Assembly: GCA_963422375.2 (NCBI GenBank)
Contig: OY729428.2
Location: 3,488,001-3,552,000, forward strand
Reading direction: 5' to 3'
Source of the DNA: Bryobacterales bacterium
GTDB lineage: Bacteria > Acidobacteriota > Terriglobia > Bryobacterales > UBA6623
Length of the DNA stretch: 64,000 nucleotides
A program made the position numbers and the translations under genes. Below are positions 9,127 through 17,508 of this stretch, piece after piece. The notes under the pieces are model-generated. The model saw only the letters and a program-made list of their open reading frames with translations. It was not told the DNA's origin and made no database searches. Each line of letters opens with the position of its first letter. Positions within the stretch are counted from its first letter, which is position 1.

Positions 9127-10923
9127 ATGCGGGTCGGGGTTGACAGCGGCGGCACGTTCACCGACTTCGTCGCGTGGGACGGGTCGCGCCTGCGAAGCCT
9201 CAAGCTGCGGTCGACGCCGCGCGACCCGTCCAAGGCGATCCTCCACGGGCTGCGAGCGCTCGCGGTCGCGGAGGTGGTCCACGGCTCGACCGTGGCGACC
9301 AACGCGCTGCTGGAACGCAGCGGCGCACGCACCGCCTTGGTCGCCACGAGCGGCTTCGAGGACCTACTGGACCTGGCCCGGCAGAATCGCCCCGCGCTGT
9401 ACGACTTGCGGCCGCCGCCGCGACAGGCCCTCGTGGCCGAGCGGGACAAGCACGGCGTCCGCGAGCGGGTGCTGCACGACGGATCGGTCCTGTGCCCCTT
9501 GGACGAGAGCGAGGTCCGCTCGCTGGCCGCCCGCATCGGGGACGCGGACTCGGTGGCGGTCTGCCTGCTGCACAGCTACGCCAACCCGGATCACGAGCGG
9601 CGGGTCGGGCGGGCGCTGCGCGCGGCCGGGCACACGGTCTCCCTGTCCTGCGAGATCCTGCCCGAGTACCGCGAGTACGAGCGGGCCGCCACCACGGTGG
9701 TAAACGCCTACGTCTCCCCGCTCATGCGCCGCTACATCCACTCGCTGGAGCGCAGCCTCCCGGGCGCGCGCCTGCGCGTCTTCCAGTCGAACGGCGGCTC
9801 GATGTCCGCCGCGGAGGCCTCCGAGCAGGCGGTCCGCACAGTGCTGTCGGGGCCGGCCGGGGGTCTGGTCGGGGCGGCAGCCGTCGCCCGGCTGCTGGGG
9901 ATCGAGCGATTCGTGAGCTTCGACATGGGAGGGACATCGACAGACGTGGCCCTGTACAACGGCGAGCCCGGCCACACGACGGAAGGCGCGGCGGCGGGCC
10001 TGCCGGTGCGCGTTCCCATGCTCGACATCCAGACCATCGGAGCCGGCGGAGGCTCGGTGGCGTACTTCGACGAAGGCGCCGCGCTGCGCGTCGGCCCGCG
10101 CTCGGCGGGCGCCGCTCCCGGCCCGGCCTGCTACGGCATCGGGGAGGAGCTCACCGTCACCGACGCGGACCTCCTGCTGGGGCGCATCGACCAGGCGGCG
10201 TTCCTCGAGGGCACGATCCGCCTCGACGCCGACCGGACCCGCGAGTTCGCGGCGCGCGCCGCCGCCCAAGCCGGCATCGGCGTCAGGGAGCTGGCGGCCG
10301 CCATCGTGCGCGCCGCCAACGCCAAGATGGAGCGAGCCGTCCGGGCGGTCTCGGTCGAGCGGGGCCACGACCCGCGCGACTACGCCATGATCTGCTTCGG
10401 CGGCGCAGGGCCCCTGCACGCCTGCGAACTGGCCGAATCTCTGGGGATCCCCCGAGTGGTCGTGCCGGCGCGCGCGGGCGTGCTGTCCGCCCTCGGCATG
10501 CTGGTGGCCGACTGCGTCCGCGACTACTCGGAAAGCGTGCTCGGCGGAGAGGCGGGCGCGGCCTTCGAGCGCCTCGCCCGAACAGCCAGGCGGGACATGC
10601 GGGCCCAGGGCTTCGAGACCGTCGAGCTGGTCGGCACCCTGGACATGCGCTACGCGGGCCAGTCCTACGAAATCAACGTGCCCGCGGACCGCGCCGCCGA
10701 GTTCGAGCGGATCCACGAGCGCCGCTACGGCTACCGCCATGCGGGCCGCGCCGCCGAGGCGGTGACCGCCCGGATCCAAGCCATCGGGCGCACGGCGGGC
10801 AACGACAAGCCCGACCTGGCGGAAGCGACCGGGGAACCGCGCTTTGCCAGCATGCACGTGCCCGACGGCTGGCGGTGCCGCGAGGCACCCGGCTCGAACA
10901 TCATTCTCGAGCGGGCCGGCTAG
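9127..10923 (+). CDS. Hydantoinase A/5-oxoprolinase (ATP-utilising subunit) family
   Basis: GVDSGGTFTD, HGSTVATNALLER, SGPAGG, DMGGTSTDV, GAGGGS, GPACYG and FGGAGPLHA. Confidence 0.93.
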   Translation: MRVGVDSGGTFTDFVAWDGSRLRSLKLRSTPRDPSKAILHGLRALAVAEVVHGSTVATNALLERSGARTALVATSGFEDLLDLARQNRPALYDLRPPPRQALVAERDKHGVRERVLHDGSVLCPLDESEVRSLAARIGDADSVAVCLLHSYANPDHERRVGRALRAAGHTVSLSCEILPEYREYERAATTVVNAYVSPLMRRYIHSLERSLPGARLRVFQSNGGSMSAAEASEQAVRTVLSGPAGGLVGAAAVARLLGIERFVSFDMGGTSTDVALYNGEPGHTTEGAAAGLPVRVPMLDIQTIGAGGGSVAYFDEGAALRVGPRSAGAAPGPACYGIGEELTVTDADLLLGRIDQAAFLEGTIRLDADRTREFAARAAAQAGIGVRELAAAIVRAANAKMERAVRAVSVERGHDPRDYAMICFGGAGPLHACELAESLGIPRVVVPARAGVLSALGMLVADCVRDYSESVLGGEAGAAFERLARTARRDMRAQGFETVELVGTLDMRYAGQSYEINVPADRAAEFERIHERRYGYRHAGRAAEAVTARIQAIGRTAGNDKPDLAEATGEPRFASMHVPDGWRCREAPGSNIILERAG

Positions 10924-11486
10924 CCCCGACGGCGCTGGAGAGCGAGGGATTCCAGCTCGCTCAACGCCGCCTCGAGGTCGGGGAGCAGGGGGCTGCCGCC
11001 CGCCCGCCCGAGCGCGTCCGCCATGGCCCGGTAGTACCAGAGCGAACCGTCCCGCCCGCCGGTGAAGCGGTCCCAGATCCCGTCCCCGTGCCGGCGGAGA
11101 TCGACAAGAATCGAGCGCGCGTTGTGCAGCTTGTCGGCCGAGAGGACGAGCCGGGCCGACGCCCCGCAGCGCTCAGTGCGGCGCACGGCCGCCAGCTTGC
11201 GCTCGAGCCAGTCGAGAGCCTTGTCCTCGGAGCAGGCGGCGACGATCTCCGCGACCTCGCGGCCGAAGCGCCGACGGATTTCCGCCGCCGTGCGCGAGCC
11301 GCCCTGGTCCTCGACCGCGTCGTGCAGCAGGGCGGCGATGGACTCGTCCTCGCTGCCGCCGGCCTCCATGACAAGGGACGCCACCGCCATCAAGTGAGCT
11401 AGGTACGGGCAGCCGCTGCCCTTCCGGCGCTGCCGCCGGTGCAGGGACTCGGCGTAAGCCAGCGCCTCGACGAAACGGTCGCTCAT
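10920..11486 (-). CDS. Stand-alone RelA/SpoT-type HD hydrolase (Mesh1/small alarmone hydrolase-like)
   Basis: H..Q.RK....PY..H, AALLHDAVED and ADKLHN motifs; no synthetase domain. Confidence 0.85.
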   Translation of the reverse strand: MSDRFVEALAYAESLHRRQRRKGSGCPYLAHLMAVASLVMEAGGSEDESIAALLHDAVEDQGGSRTAAEIRRRFGREVAEIVAACSEDKALDWLERKLAAVRRTERCGASARLVLSADKLHNARSILVDLRRHGDGIWDRFTGGRDGSLWYYRAMADALGRAGGSPLLPDLEAALSELESLALQRRRG

Positions 11487-11511
11487 GGGACGCGAACAGT
11501 ACAATCCCAGT

Positions 11512-12693
11512 ATGGACATCACGCGCCGGCGCTGGGCCGTCGGTATGGCGGTCGCGGGCCTGGGCTGCGGCGCGAGCCGCGACGGCGGCTCCGAACCCGG
11601 GACGCCGGGCGACCGGGAGCGCGCCGGCGCGCTCCGCCCGGTGATCGACCTGCACTGCGACACGCCAATGCTCTTCCGCGACGGGGGCTACGACCTCGGC
11701 GCGCGGAACGAGCGCGGGCAGGTCGACATCCCGCGCATGCGCGAGGGCGGCGTGAACGCGGCGTTCTTCTCCGTCTACACCAGCGCCGCCCGGCGCAGCG
11801 AGCCGGAAGCCCTCCGCGAGGCACTCGAGATCATCGACTCGATCTATCGCGAGGCCGAGCGCTTTCCCGCCGACCTGGCCGTCGCGACGTCGACCGCCGG
11901 GATCGAGGCCGCGGTCCGCGAGGGCCGTATCGCCGTGCTGCTCGGGATCGAGGGCGGGCACATGATCGACAGCTCCCTAGCCGCGCTGCGCACGCTCTAC
12001 CGCCTGGGCGGGCGCTACCTGACGCTCACGCATAGCAAGGACACCGCCTGGGCGGGCTCCTCCGGCAGCGACGCCAACGCCGGCCTGTCGGAGTTCGGAC
12101 GCGAGGTCGTGGCGGAAATGAACCGCCTCGGGATGATGGTCGACATCTCTCACGTGTCCGACAGGACATTCTGGGACGCCTTGGCAGCGTCCGTCGCGCC
12201 GGTGATCGCGTCGCATTCCTCGGTGCGCGCCATCGCGGCGCACAAGCGGAACATGTCGGACGAGATGATCCGCGCCACCGCCGAACGGGGCGGGGTGGTC
12301 CACATCAACTACTACAACGCCTTCCTAGACGACGACTACGCTCGGCGGAGCCGGGAGTGGAACTCGGAGAACCCCCGGGCGGGCACGAGCGGCGTAGCCC
12401 GATTGCAAGCCAAGCTGGCCGCGATCGGCCGGCCCGCCATCGACGTGCTCCTCGATCACCTCGAGCACGCCGTCCGCGTCGGCGGGATCGAAGCCGTGGG
12501 CCTGGGATCGGACTTCGACGGCGTGGACGGCGAGTTGCCGGCCGGAATGGAGGACATCTCGAAAGTCCCGAATATCGCCGCGGGCCTGTCCGCGAGAGGC
12601 TTCAGCGACACGCAGGTCGAGAAGGTGCTGGGCGGGAACTCGCTGCGAGTCTTCCGGGACGTGGAGGCCGCGGCCCGGGCGGCAGCGGCCTAG
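11512..12693 (+). CDS. Membrane dipeptidase (peptidase M19), exported
   Basis: IDLHCDT, GIEGG, YLTLTH, VDISHVS, IASHSS, HKRNMSD and GLGSDFDG; twin-Arg-like N-terminus with GLGC. Confidence 0.92.
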   Translation: MDITRRRWAVGMAVAGLGCGASRDGGSEPGTPGDRERAGALRPVIDLHCDTPMLFRDGGYDLGARNERGQVDIPRMREGGVNAAFFSVYTSAARRSEPEALREALEIIDSIYREAERFPADLAVATSTAGIEAAVREGRIAVLLGIEGGHMIDSSLAALRTLYRLGGRYLTLTHSKDTAWAGSSGSDANAGLSEFGREVVAEMNRLGMMVDISHVSDRTFWDALAASVAPVIASHSSVRAIAAHKRNMSDEMIRATAERGGVVHINYYNAFLDDDYARRSREWNSENPRAGTSGVARLQAKLAAIGRPAIDVLLDHLEHAVRVGGIEAVGLGSDFDGVDGELPAGMEDISKVPNIAAGLSARGFSDTQVEKVLGGNSLRVFRDVEAAARAAAA

Positions 12694-13535
12694 ACGAGAC
12701 CCGCCGGATTCGACAGCGTGCCGATTTCCGGCACCCGGATGGAGCAGACGTCGCCGGGCTGCAGCGCGGCCTCCTGCCCGACGATGATCCCCGTGCCGGT
12801 CAGCACGACCGTGGGGGTCGGCAGGGCGTTGCTGCGTCGGAGGTAGCCGATCAACTCCTCGAAAGTACGGCGCAGCTTGTCCGTCGAGACGCTGCCCTCG
12901 AACGTGGACCGGCCGTTGCGGCTGATCGTGCAGGACATGCTCAGAGAGTAGGGATCGGGGACGTCGCCCGGCGTGACGAGCGCGGGACCGAGAGCGCAGC
13001 AGGCGGTGTAGACCTTCGACTGGGGCAGGTACAGGGCGTTTTCGCGCTCGATGTCCCACGCCGAGACGTCATTGCCCAGCGTGTAGCCCAAGATCGCGCC
13101 GGTGGATCCGATGACGACGGCCAGTTCGGGCTCCGGCGCGGTGAACGTGGAGTCCCGGCGAATGCCGATCATCTCGCCCGGGCCCACGCAGACGCGGGCG
13201 GTTCCCTTGAAGAAGATCTCGGGACGGTGGCCCTGCTTGTGGACGTAGGAGTACATGCCGTCTGTCGTCCCGAGCTCGCCGTCCCGGAAATCTGCGCTGG
13301 GGGCGTAGGTACAGCCGCAAGCCCACACTTCGGCGGGCCGCAGGGGCAGCAGCGCCGCGCCCTGCACGAGCTCGCCCGTGGCGCGACCCGCCACCAAGCT
13401 CTCCACGGTCCGGCCGCTCGCGTCGGCCTCCTCCAGCAGCGCGTTCACGGTCGTGCCCGGCAAGGTCAGGTATCCGCCCTCCCGCTGCAGGGCCGCAAGG
13501 GTCTCGCCCCCATGCGAGACTTGCGCCAGCTTCAT
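12690..13535 (-). CDS. Fumarylacetoacetate hydrolase family protein (2-keto-3-deoxy-pentonate dehydratase-like)
   Basis: EVWACGCTY, RPEIFFKG, PEPELA, GNDVSAWDIERENALYLPQSK and LTGTGI; SD ggagg upstream of ATG 13535. Confidence 0.88.
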   Translation of the reverse strand: MKLAQVSHGGETLAALQREGGYLTLPGTTVNALLEEADASGRTVESLVAGRATGELVQGAALLPLRPAEVWACGCTYAPSADFRDGELGTTDGMYSYVHKQGHRPEIFFKGTARVCVGPGEMIGIRRDSTFTAPEPELAVVIGSTGAILGYTLGNDVSAWDIERENALYLPQSKVYTACCALGPALVTPGDVPDPYSLSMSCTISRNGRSTFEGSVSTDKLRRTFEELIGYLRRSNALPTPTVVLTGTGIIVGQEAALQPGDVCSIRVPEIGTLSNPAGLV

Positions 13536-13633
13536 CGAACCACCCTCCAGATTACATGGTGGCACAGGCCCGCCGGCCGCCGCGGGACCGGCGACCAGCG
13601 GAGCGGACGCAGCGGACGGGCCGGCCAAGCACC

Positions 13634-15913
13634 CTAGGCCGAGCCCAAATCGAGCCGGTAGGCACTCTTCCCGATCCGCACTACGTCGCCGCTCCCCGCC
13701 CGCAAGGGCCTGTACGGCTCCGCGTCGAGCGCGCCGAGGCGCGTGCCGCAGGTGGAATCCAAGTCCTCGATCCAGATCGCCCCGTTCTCGAGCCGGAGTC
13801 TAAGGTGGCGCCGCGATACATTCAGGTCCCGGAGACTCACGTCGCACCGATTCCTTCCCCGCCCGACCACAAGCCCCTCGGGCGACATCAAGAGACGCGG
13901 GTCCAAGGGAATTCGGCCCGAGCCGTCGAGCGGGACGAGCGCGGCGGCCACCGCGGGAGCGGCCCGCCCGATCGGAACCAAGGCCGGGCCCTGGCGGTTC
14001 ACCGGCGCGGGGACCGGCGGCGGGGAGGCGGACGCCCGGCGCCGCGCCTGCATCGGGGATGAGAGCGCCCAGCCGGCTAGGGCCGCGACCACCAGCAGGG
14101 CGAGCGCCGCGCCGATCCACGCGCTTGCCCTCGAGTCGCCCGGGGGCCTGCCCGGCCCGCCGGGCGAGTCCTCCGGCGGTTCCGCGTGCGGGGGCGCGGG
14201 GCCGGGCACGGTCGGAGGCGCTCCCCCTCCGGCAACAGGGTCGCGGGGCGGCGCCGAGGCTCCCCTGCCGCCACCGCTCCGGGAGACGGTCTCCCCTTCC
14301 TCCGGATCCGATATGCCGTCCGGATCGGGAGCCGCCGGGAGAACCCACGTGCCCGGCACGCCGACCGCGTCCATCGCCTGGTGGGTCGAAACCCATTCCC
14401 GCGAGCCTTCGCCGTGCAAGAGCTCCGCAGCGAGGGCGAAACCGAAGCGAGCGTCGCCGAAGCTGGAGTTCGGCGTCAGGAGGTGAACGGCCGCGCGCCC
14501 GACTATCTCCAGAGCCTTGGCCATGCCAATACCGACGACCGCGGGGCCCGATCGCCGGTCAGGGTGCCGCCCGCCCGCCGCGAGCAAGTAAAGGCCTTGG
14601 TTCATGATCGAAGAGTTGACATGCACGCCGCCGTGGTCCTCGTGCATCCACCGGTAATCGCTGTAGTGGTTGGGCATGCGGCCGACCCGGCGGGGATTCT
14701 GCAAGTCGCGGAGCGGCCCGGCGGGCGACCGCAGGCGCCAGATCTCGTCCGGTATATCCAAGTCCAAGCGCCCTCGCGTCTCCAGCCACGCTCGAAATCC
14801 CGCGCCAAGCACATCGGAGATCGATTCGCCAAGCGCGCCGGGCTCGTCCCTTCCGATGAGACCGCTCCCGCTTTCGACGATCCCGTGGCCGAGCTCGTGG
14901 CCGATGACTTCGGGAAACTTCGAGCCTTCGTCGGTGACCGCCAGCAGCCGCTGGCCGCTGTACCAAACCGCATTGAACTGGTCTCCGTCGCATTGGGGCC
15001 ACGTGTAGGGATTGTGGAACTTCACGCCTACCAGCCCCTGCAAGGTCCCGCCGCGTCCGTCGAAGCTGTCCATTTGCAGCGTCGTGCGGAGATACCCGTG
15101 AAACTCGCCGAACAAGTCGAAGACGGCGTTGACGGGGGCGCGAGACGACCGGCCGGTGGACTCGCTCCTCCCGAGATGCCCCGAGATCGCCCTCATGACC
15201 AGGCGAGTCGAATCGCCAATGTCCAGCGGACGACCTCTTCCGTATCCCCTGCAGGCGTCCTCAAAGTCGTAGATCCGCCGGTCAACCGCCGTGAATTCCA
15301 TGGGAAGGCGCTCGATGACGCGGCCCGAGCGGGCGTCGAGGTAGACCCGCTCGAAACGCGCGCCCGACGGGTTCGCGAACGCACCTTCGACCTCGTAGGC
15401 GAGCACGAGATCGCTGCCCGCCGGCCAGAACACCAGCCTCTGCCCGAGAACGCGTTGCGCGGGCGAGCCGGAGGCCCGGATCGCCGCGGCGAGTCCGAGC
15501 CGCGGCTCGGACCGAGGGAGGCCCAGAAACGGGTCATGCCGGCCGAGCAGGCGCGCCTCGGGGCGGTCGTCCGCCGCAACCAGGCGGGACTCCCGATTGA
15601 TCACCGGCAGGCCGCCGGCGAACTGCCTGAGAGTGAAGACGGTGCCGCGCCCGAGGCGCGCGGGTTCCGGCTCGACCAGCAGGCGGTCGGTCCGCTCCAG
15701 TCCGAGCAGGCGATGCAGCTCCCGGTTCGCCCAGCGCTGCACGGCTGCCGCATCCGCGAGGCCCGGAGGGGCCGGGACAGACAGGACCTCGGCCTCCCGC
15801 GCGACGGCGCCGCCCTCCTGGCCGCGCGCCCGGTCCGCCCCGGCCGCGAAGGCGAGCATCGTGCCCAGCCCGATGCCGGCGACGCACCGGCCCCGCCGAC
15901 TCCGGGAAGCCAT
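13634..15913 (-). CDS. Thermolysin-family (M4) metalloprotease with propeptide, Pro-rich linker, TM helix and C-terminal FHA domain
   Basis: Signal peptide; FTP (LRQFAGGLPV) and PepSY (LAYEV...YLDARSGRVI) propeptide. Catalytic NAVW, HELGH, GALGESISD and GGVHVNSS. TM WIGAALALLVVAALAGWAL; FHA motifs VVGR, VSRRH and DLDSTCGT. ATG lies 4 bp after the PP2C stop. Confidence 0.9.
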   Translation of the reverse strand: MASRSRRGRCVAGIGLGTMLAFAAGADRARGQEGGAVAREAEVLSVPAPPGLADAAAVQRWANRELHRLLGLERTDRLLVEPEPARLGRGTVFTLRQFAGGLPVINRESRLVAADDRPEARLLGRHDPFLGLPRSEPRLGLAAAIRASGSPAQRVLGQRLVFWPAGSDLVLAYEVEGAFANPSGARFERVYLDARSGRVIERLPMEFTAVDRRIYDFEDACRGYGRGRPLDIGDSTRLVMRAISGHLGRSESTGRSSRAPVNAVFDLFGEFHGYLRTTLQMDSFDGRGGTLQGLVGVKFHNPYTWPQCDGDQFNAVWYSGQRLLAVTDEGSKFPEVIGHELGHGIVESGSGLIGRDEPGALGESISDVLGAGFRAWLETRGRLDLDIPDEIWRLRSPAGPLRDLQNPRRVGRMPNHYSDYRWMHEDHGGVHVNSSIMNQGLYLLAAGGRHPDRRSGPAVVGIGMAKALEIVGRAAVHLLTPNSSFGDARFGFALAAELLHGEGSREWVSTHQAMDAVGVPGTWVLPAAPDPDGISDPEEGETVSRSGGGRGASAPPRDPVAGGGAPPTVPGPAPPHAEPPEDSPGGPGRPPGDSRASAWIGAALALLVVAALAGWALSSPMQARRRASASPPPVPAPVNRQGPALVPIGRAAPAVAAALVPLDGSGRIPLDPRLLMSPEGLVVGRGRNRCDVSLRDLNVSRRHLRLRLENGAIWIEDLDSTCGTRLGALDAEPYRPLRAGSGDVVRIGKSAYRLDLGSA

Positions 15914-15917
15914 GCAC

Positions 15918-17468
15918 TCAGCGAACTGCCGGGCGACCGGTCTGGAGCACCAGCGGCTCGCGGAACAGGACCGCACCAGTTGCAGGATCCAGGATCACGC
16001 GCTCGGAGCCACGCCCCGTAGCGACACTACCCGACCAAGCGACGACGTCCGTTCGCCCGTCCATCCGGACGACCACGAGCGAACCCTCGTCGAGCGGATC
16101 GATGTCCTCTCCGCTCGCCCGTTCCGCCAGGGCCACCGTCTCCGGGTAATCCCTCGCGGGCGGGCCGTCAACCTCAATCCGGGACGCAAGATGGCCGTCC
16201 ACGCGAATCACGCGGCTCCCCTCGGTCGTGGCAACCACTTCCGCGGCGAACACCGGCATTCCCTCGTGAGTCTGGCCGAAGCGTGAAACGGTCGTCCCGC
16301 CGATGCGGCCCGGACTGCCCTTCGGCGCGAGCGTGTCCGCGGGGCCGATCCGGCCCGCCTGCCGCAATTCGTCCTCAATCGCGCTCGCGAGGGATTCCCC
16401 GGTCTTCAGCCTCCTGTCCAGACTGACGTGCAGGCTGTCGATCGGCACGGGAGAGCCCGGCCCGCCGCCGGACTCGCTGCGCCCGCCCGATTCCGACGCC
16501 CCCTCGGCGGGGGAGGCGCCGCCCTCCCGACTACCGCCCTCCCTTGCTCCGGCCCCCTCCCGGCCCTCGGCTTGGGCCGCCAGGGAGTAGCTCGGGCCCG
16601 CCCCGCCGGCGAAGAGCGCGGTCGCGCGGCCCGCGGCCGAGGTCGCCTGGCCGCGGGCGTCCCGACCGGCCGGCAGGAGCGCCGCGGCGAGGCCCGCGCC
16701 AACGAGAGCGGCCAGCGAGAGCCAGTACCACGCGACGCGGGGCCCCGGATCGATCACCGCGAGAATCGCCGTGGTGTTGTCATGTCGCTCGAGCTCGGCC
16801 AGCTTGCCCTCGTAGGCCGCGGCGACGGCAGTCCCCGGATCGGCGGATTCGAACAGCGCGACGATCTCGCCGTCGGAAAAAATCTCCCAGAAACCGTCGC
16901 TGCAAATGACGAAGCGAGTGCCGCGCGCAAGGCGCCACCGCTTGAATTCCGCGTCCGGAGGGGCCTCGCCTCCGACGTGGGTCAGCAAGTGCGTCTGGCT
17001 CGGGTGCGTGGCCAGCTCGGCCTCCGAGATCGCGCCGCGCAGCACGTTCAGCTGCGCCATGGAGTGGTCCAGGGTGCGCACGGCGAGGCCGGCCCGCGAA
17101 TACTGCATGACGCGGCTGTCCCCGGCATGGACCGAAACGGCCTCGGAGCCCCGCACCAGCAGGGCGGCGAGCGTGGAGCGCGGATCGAGACCCGCCGCCC
17201 TGCCCGCAGCGTTGACCCGCTCGTGGCACTGGCTCACCAAGGATCGCAGGAAGTCCTCCGACCGCCAGTCGCGTCCGCGCCGGGCCCAGAGATCGGCGGC
17301 GGTGTCCACGACAGTCTGCGCGGCAAGCGAGCCGCCGCGATGACCGCCCAGCCCGTCGGCAACCAGGAACAGGGATCCGTCGCCATCGCCGGACCGCAGA
17401 ACCGTCAACCGATCCTGGTTCTCCTGCCTCTGCCCGACGTGGGTGAAGGCATGGGCGGTTGCGTTCAC
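15918..17468 (-). CDS. PP2C-family Ser/Thr phosphatase fused via TM helix to an M4-type propeptide (FTP/PepSY-like) domain
   Basis: RQENQD, VADGLGG, HAGDSR, CSDGFW and HDNTT; TM WYWLSLAALVGAGLAAALL. C-terminal SRFGQTHEGMPVFAAEVV...V.G (FTP-like) and VILDPATGAVL (PepSY-like); no HExxH. Confidence 0.85.
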   Translation of the reverse strand: MNATAHAFTHVGQRQENQDRLTVLRSGDGDGSLFLVADGLGGHRGGSLAAQTVVDTAADLWARRGRDWRSEDFLRSLVSQCHERVNAAGRAAGLDPRSTLAALLVRGSEAVSVHAGDSRVMQYSRAGLAVRTLDHSMAQLNVLRGAISEAELATHPSQTHLLTHVGGEAPPDAEFKRWRLARGTRFVICSDGFWEIFSDGEIVALFESADPGTAVAAAYEGKLAELERHDNTTAILAVIDPGPRVAWYWLSLAALVGAGLAAALLPAGRDARGQATSAAGRATALFAGGAGPSYSLAAQAEGREGAGAREGGSREGGASPAEGASESGGRSESGGGPGSPVPIDSLHVSLDRRLKTGESLASAIEDELRQAGRIGPADTLAPKGSPGRIGGTTVSRFGQTHEGMPVFAAEVVATTEGSRVIRVDGHLASRIEVDGPPARDYPETVALAERASGEDIDPLDEGSLVVVRMDGRTDVVAWSGSVATGRGSERVILDPATGAVLFREPLVLQTGRPAVR

Positions 17469-17508
17469 CGGCGTTCCCCTCGCATTCTTGCAAACCCGCC
17501 GCGATCCC

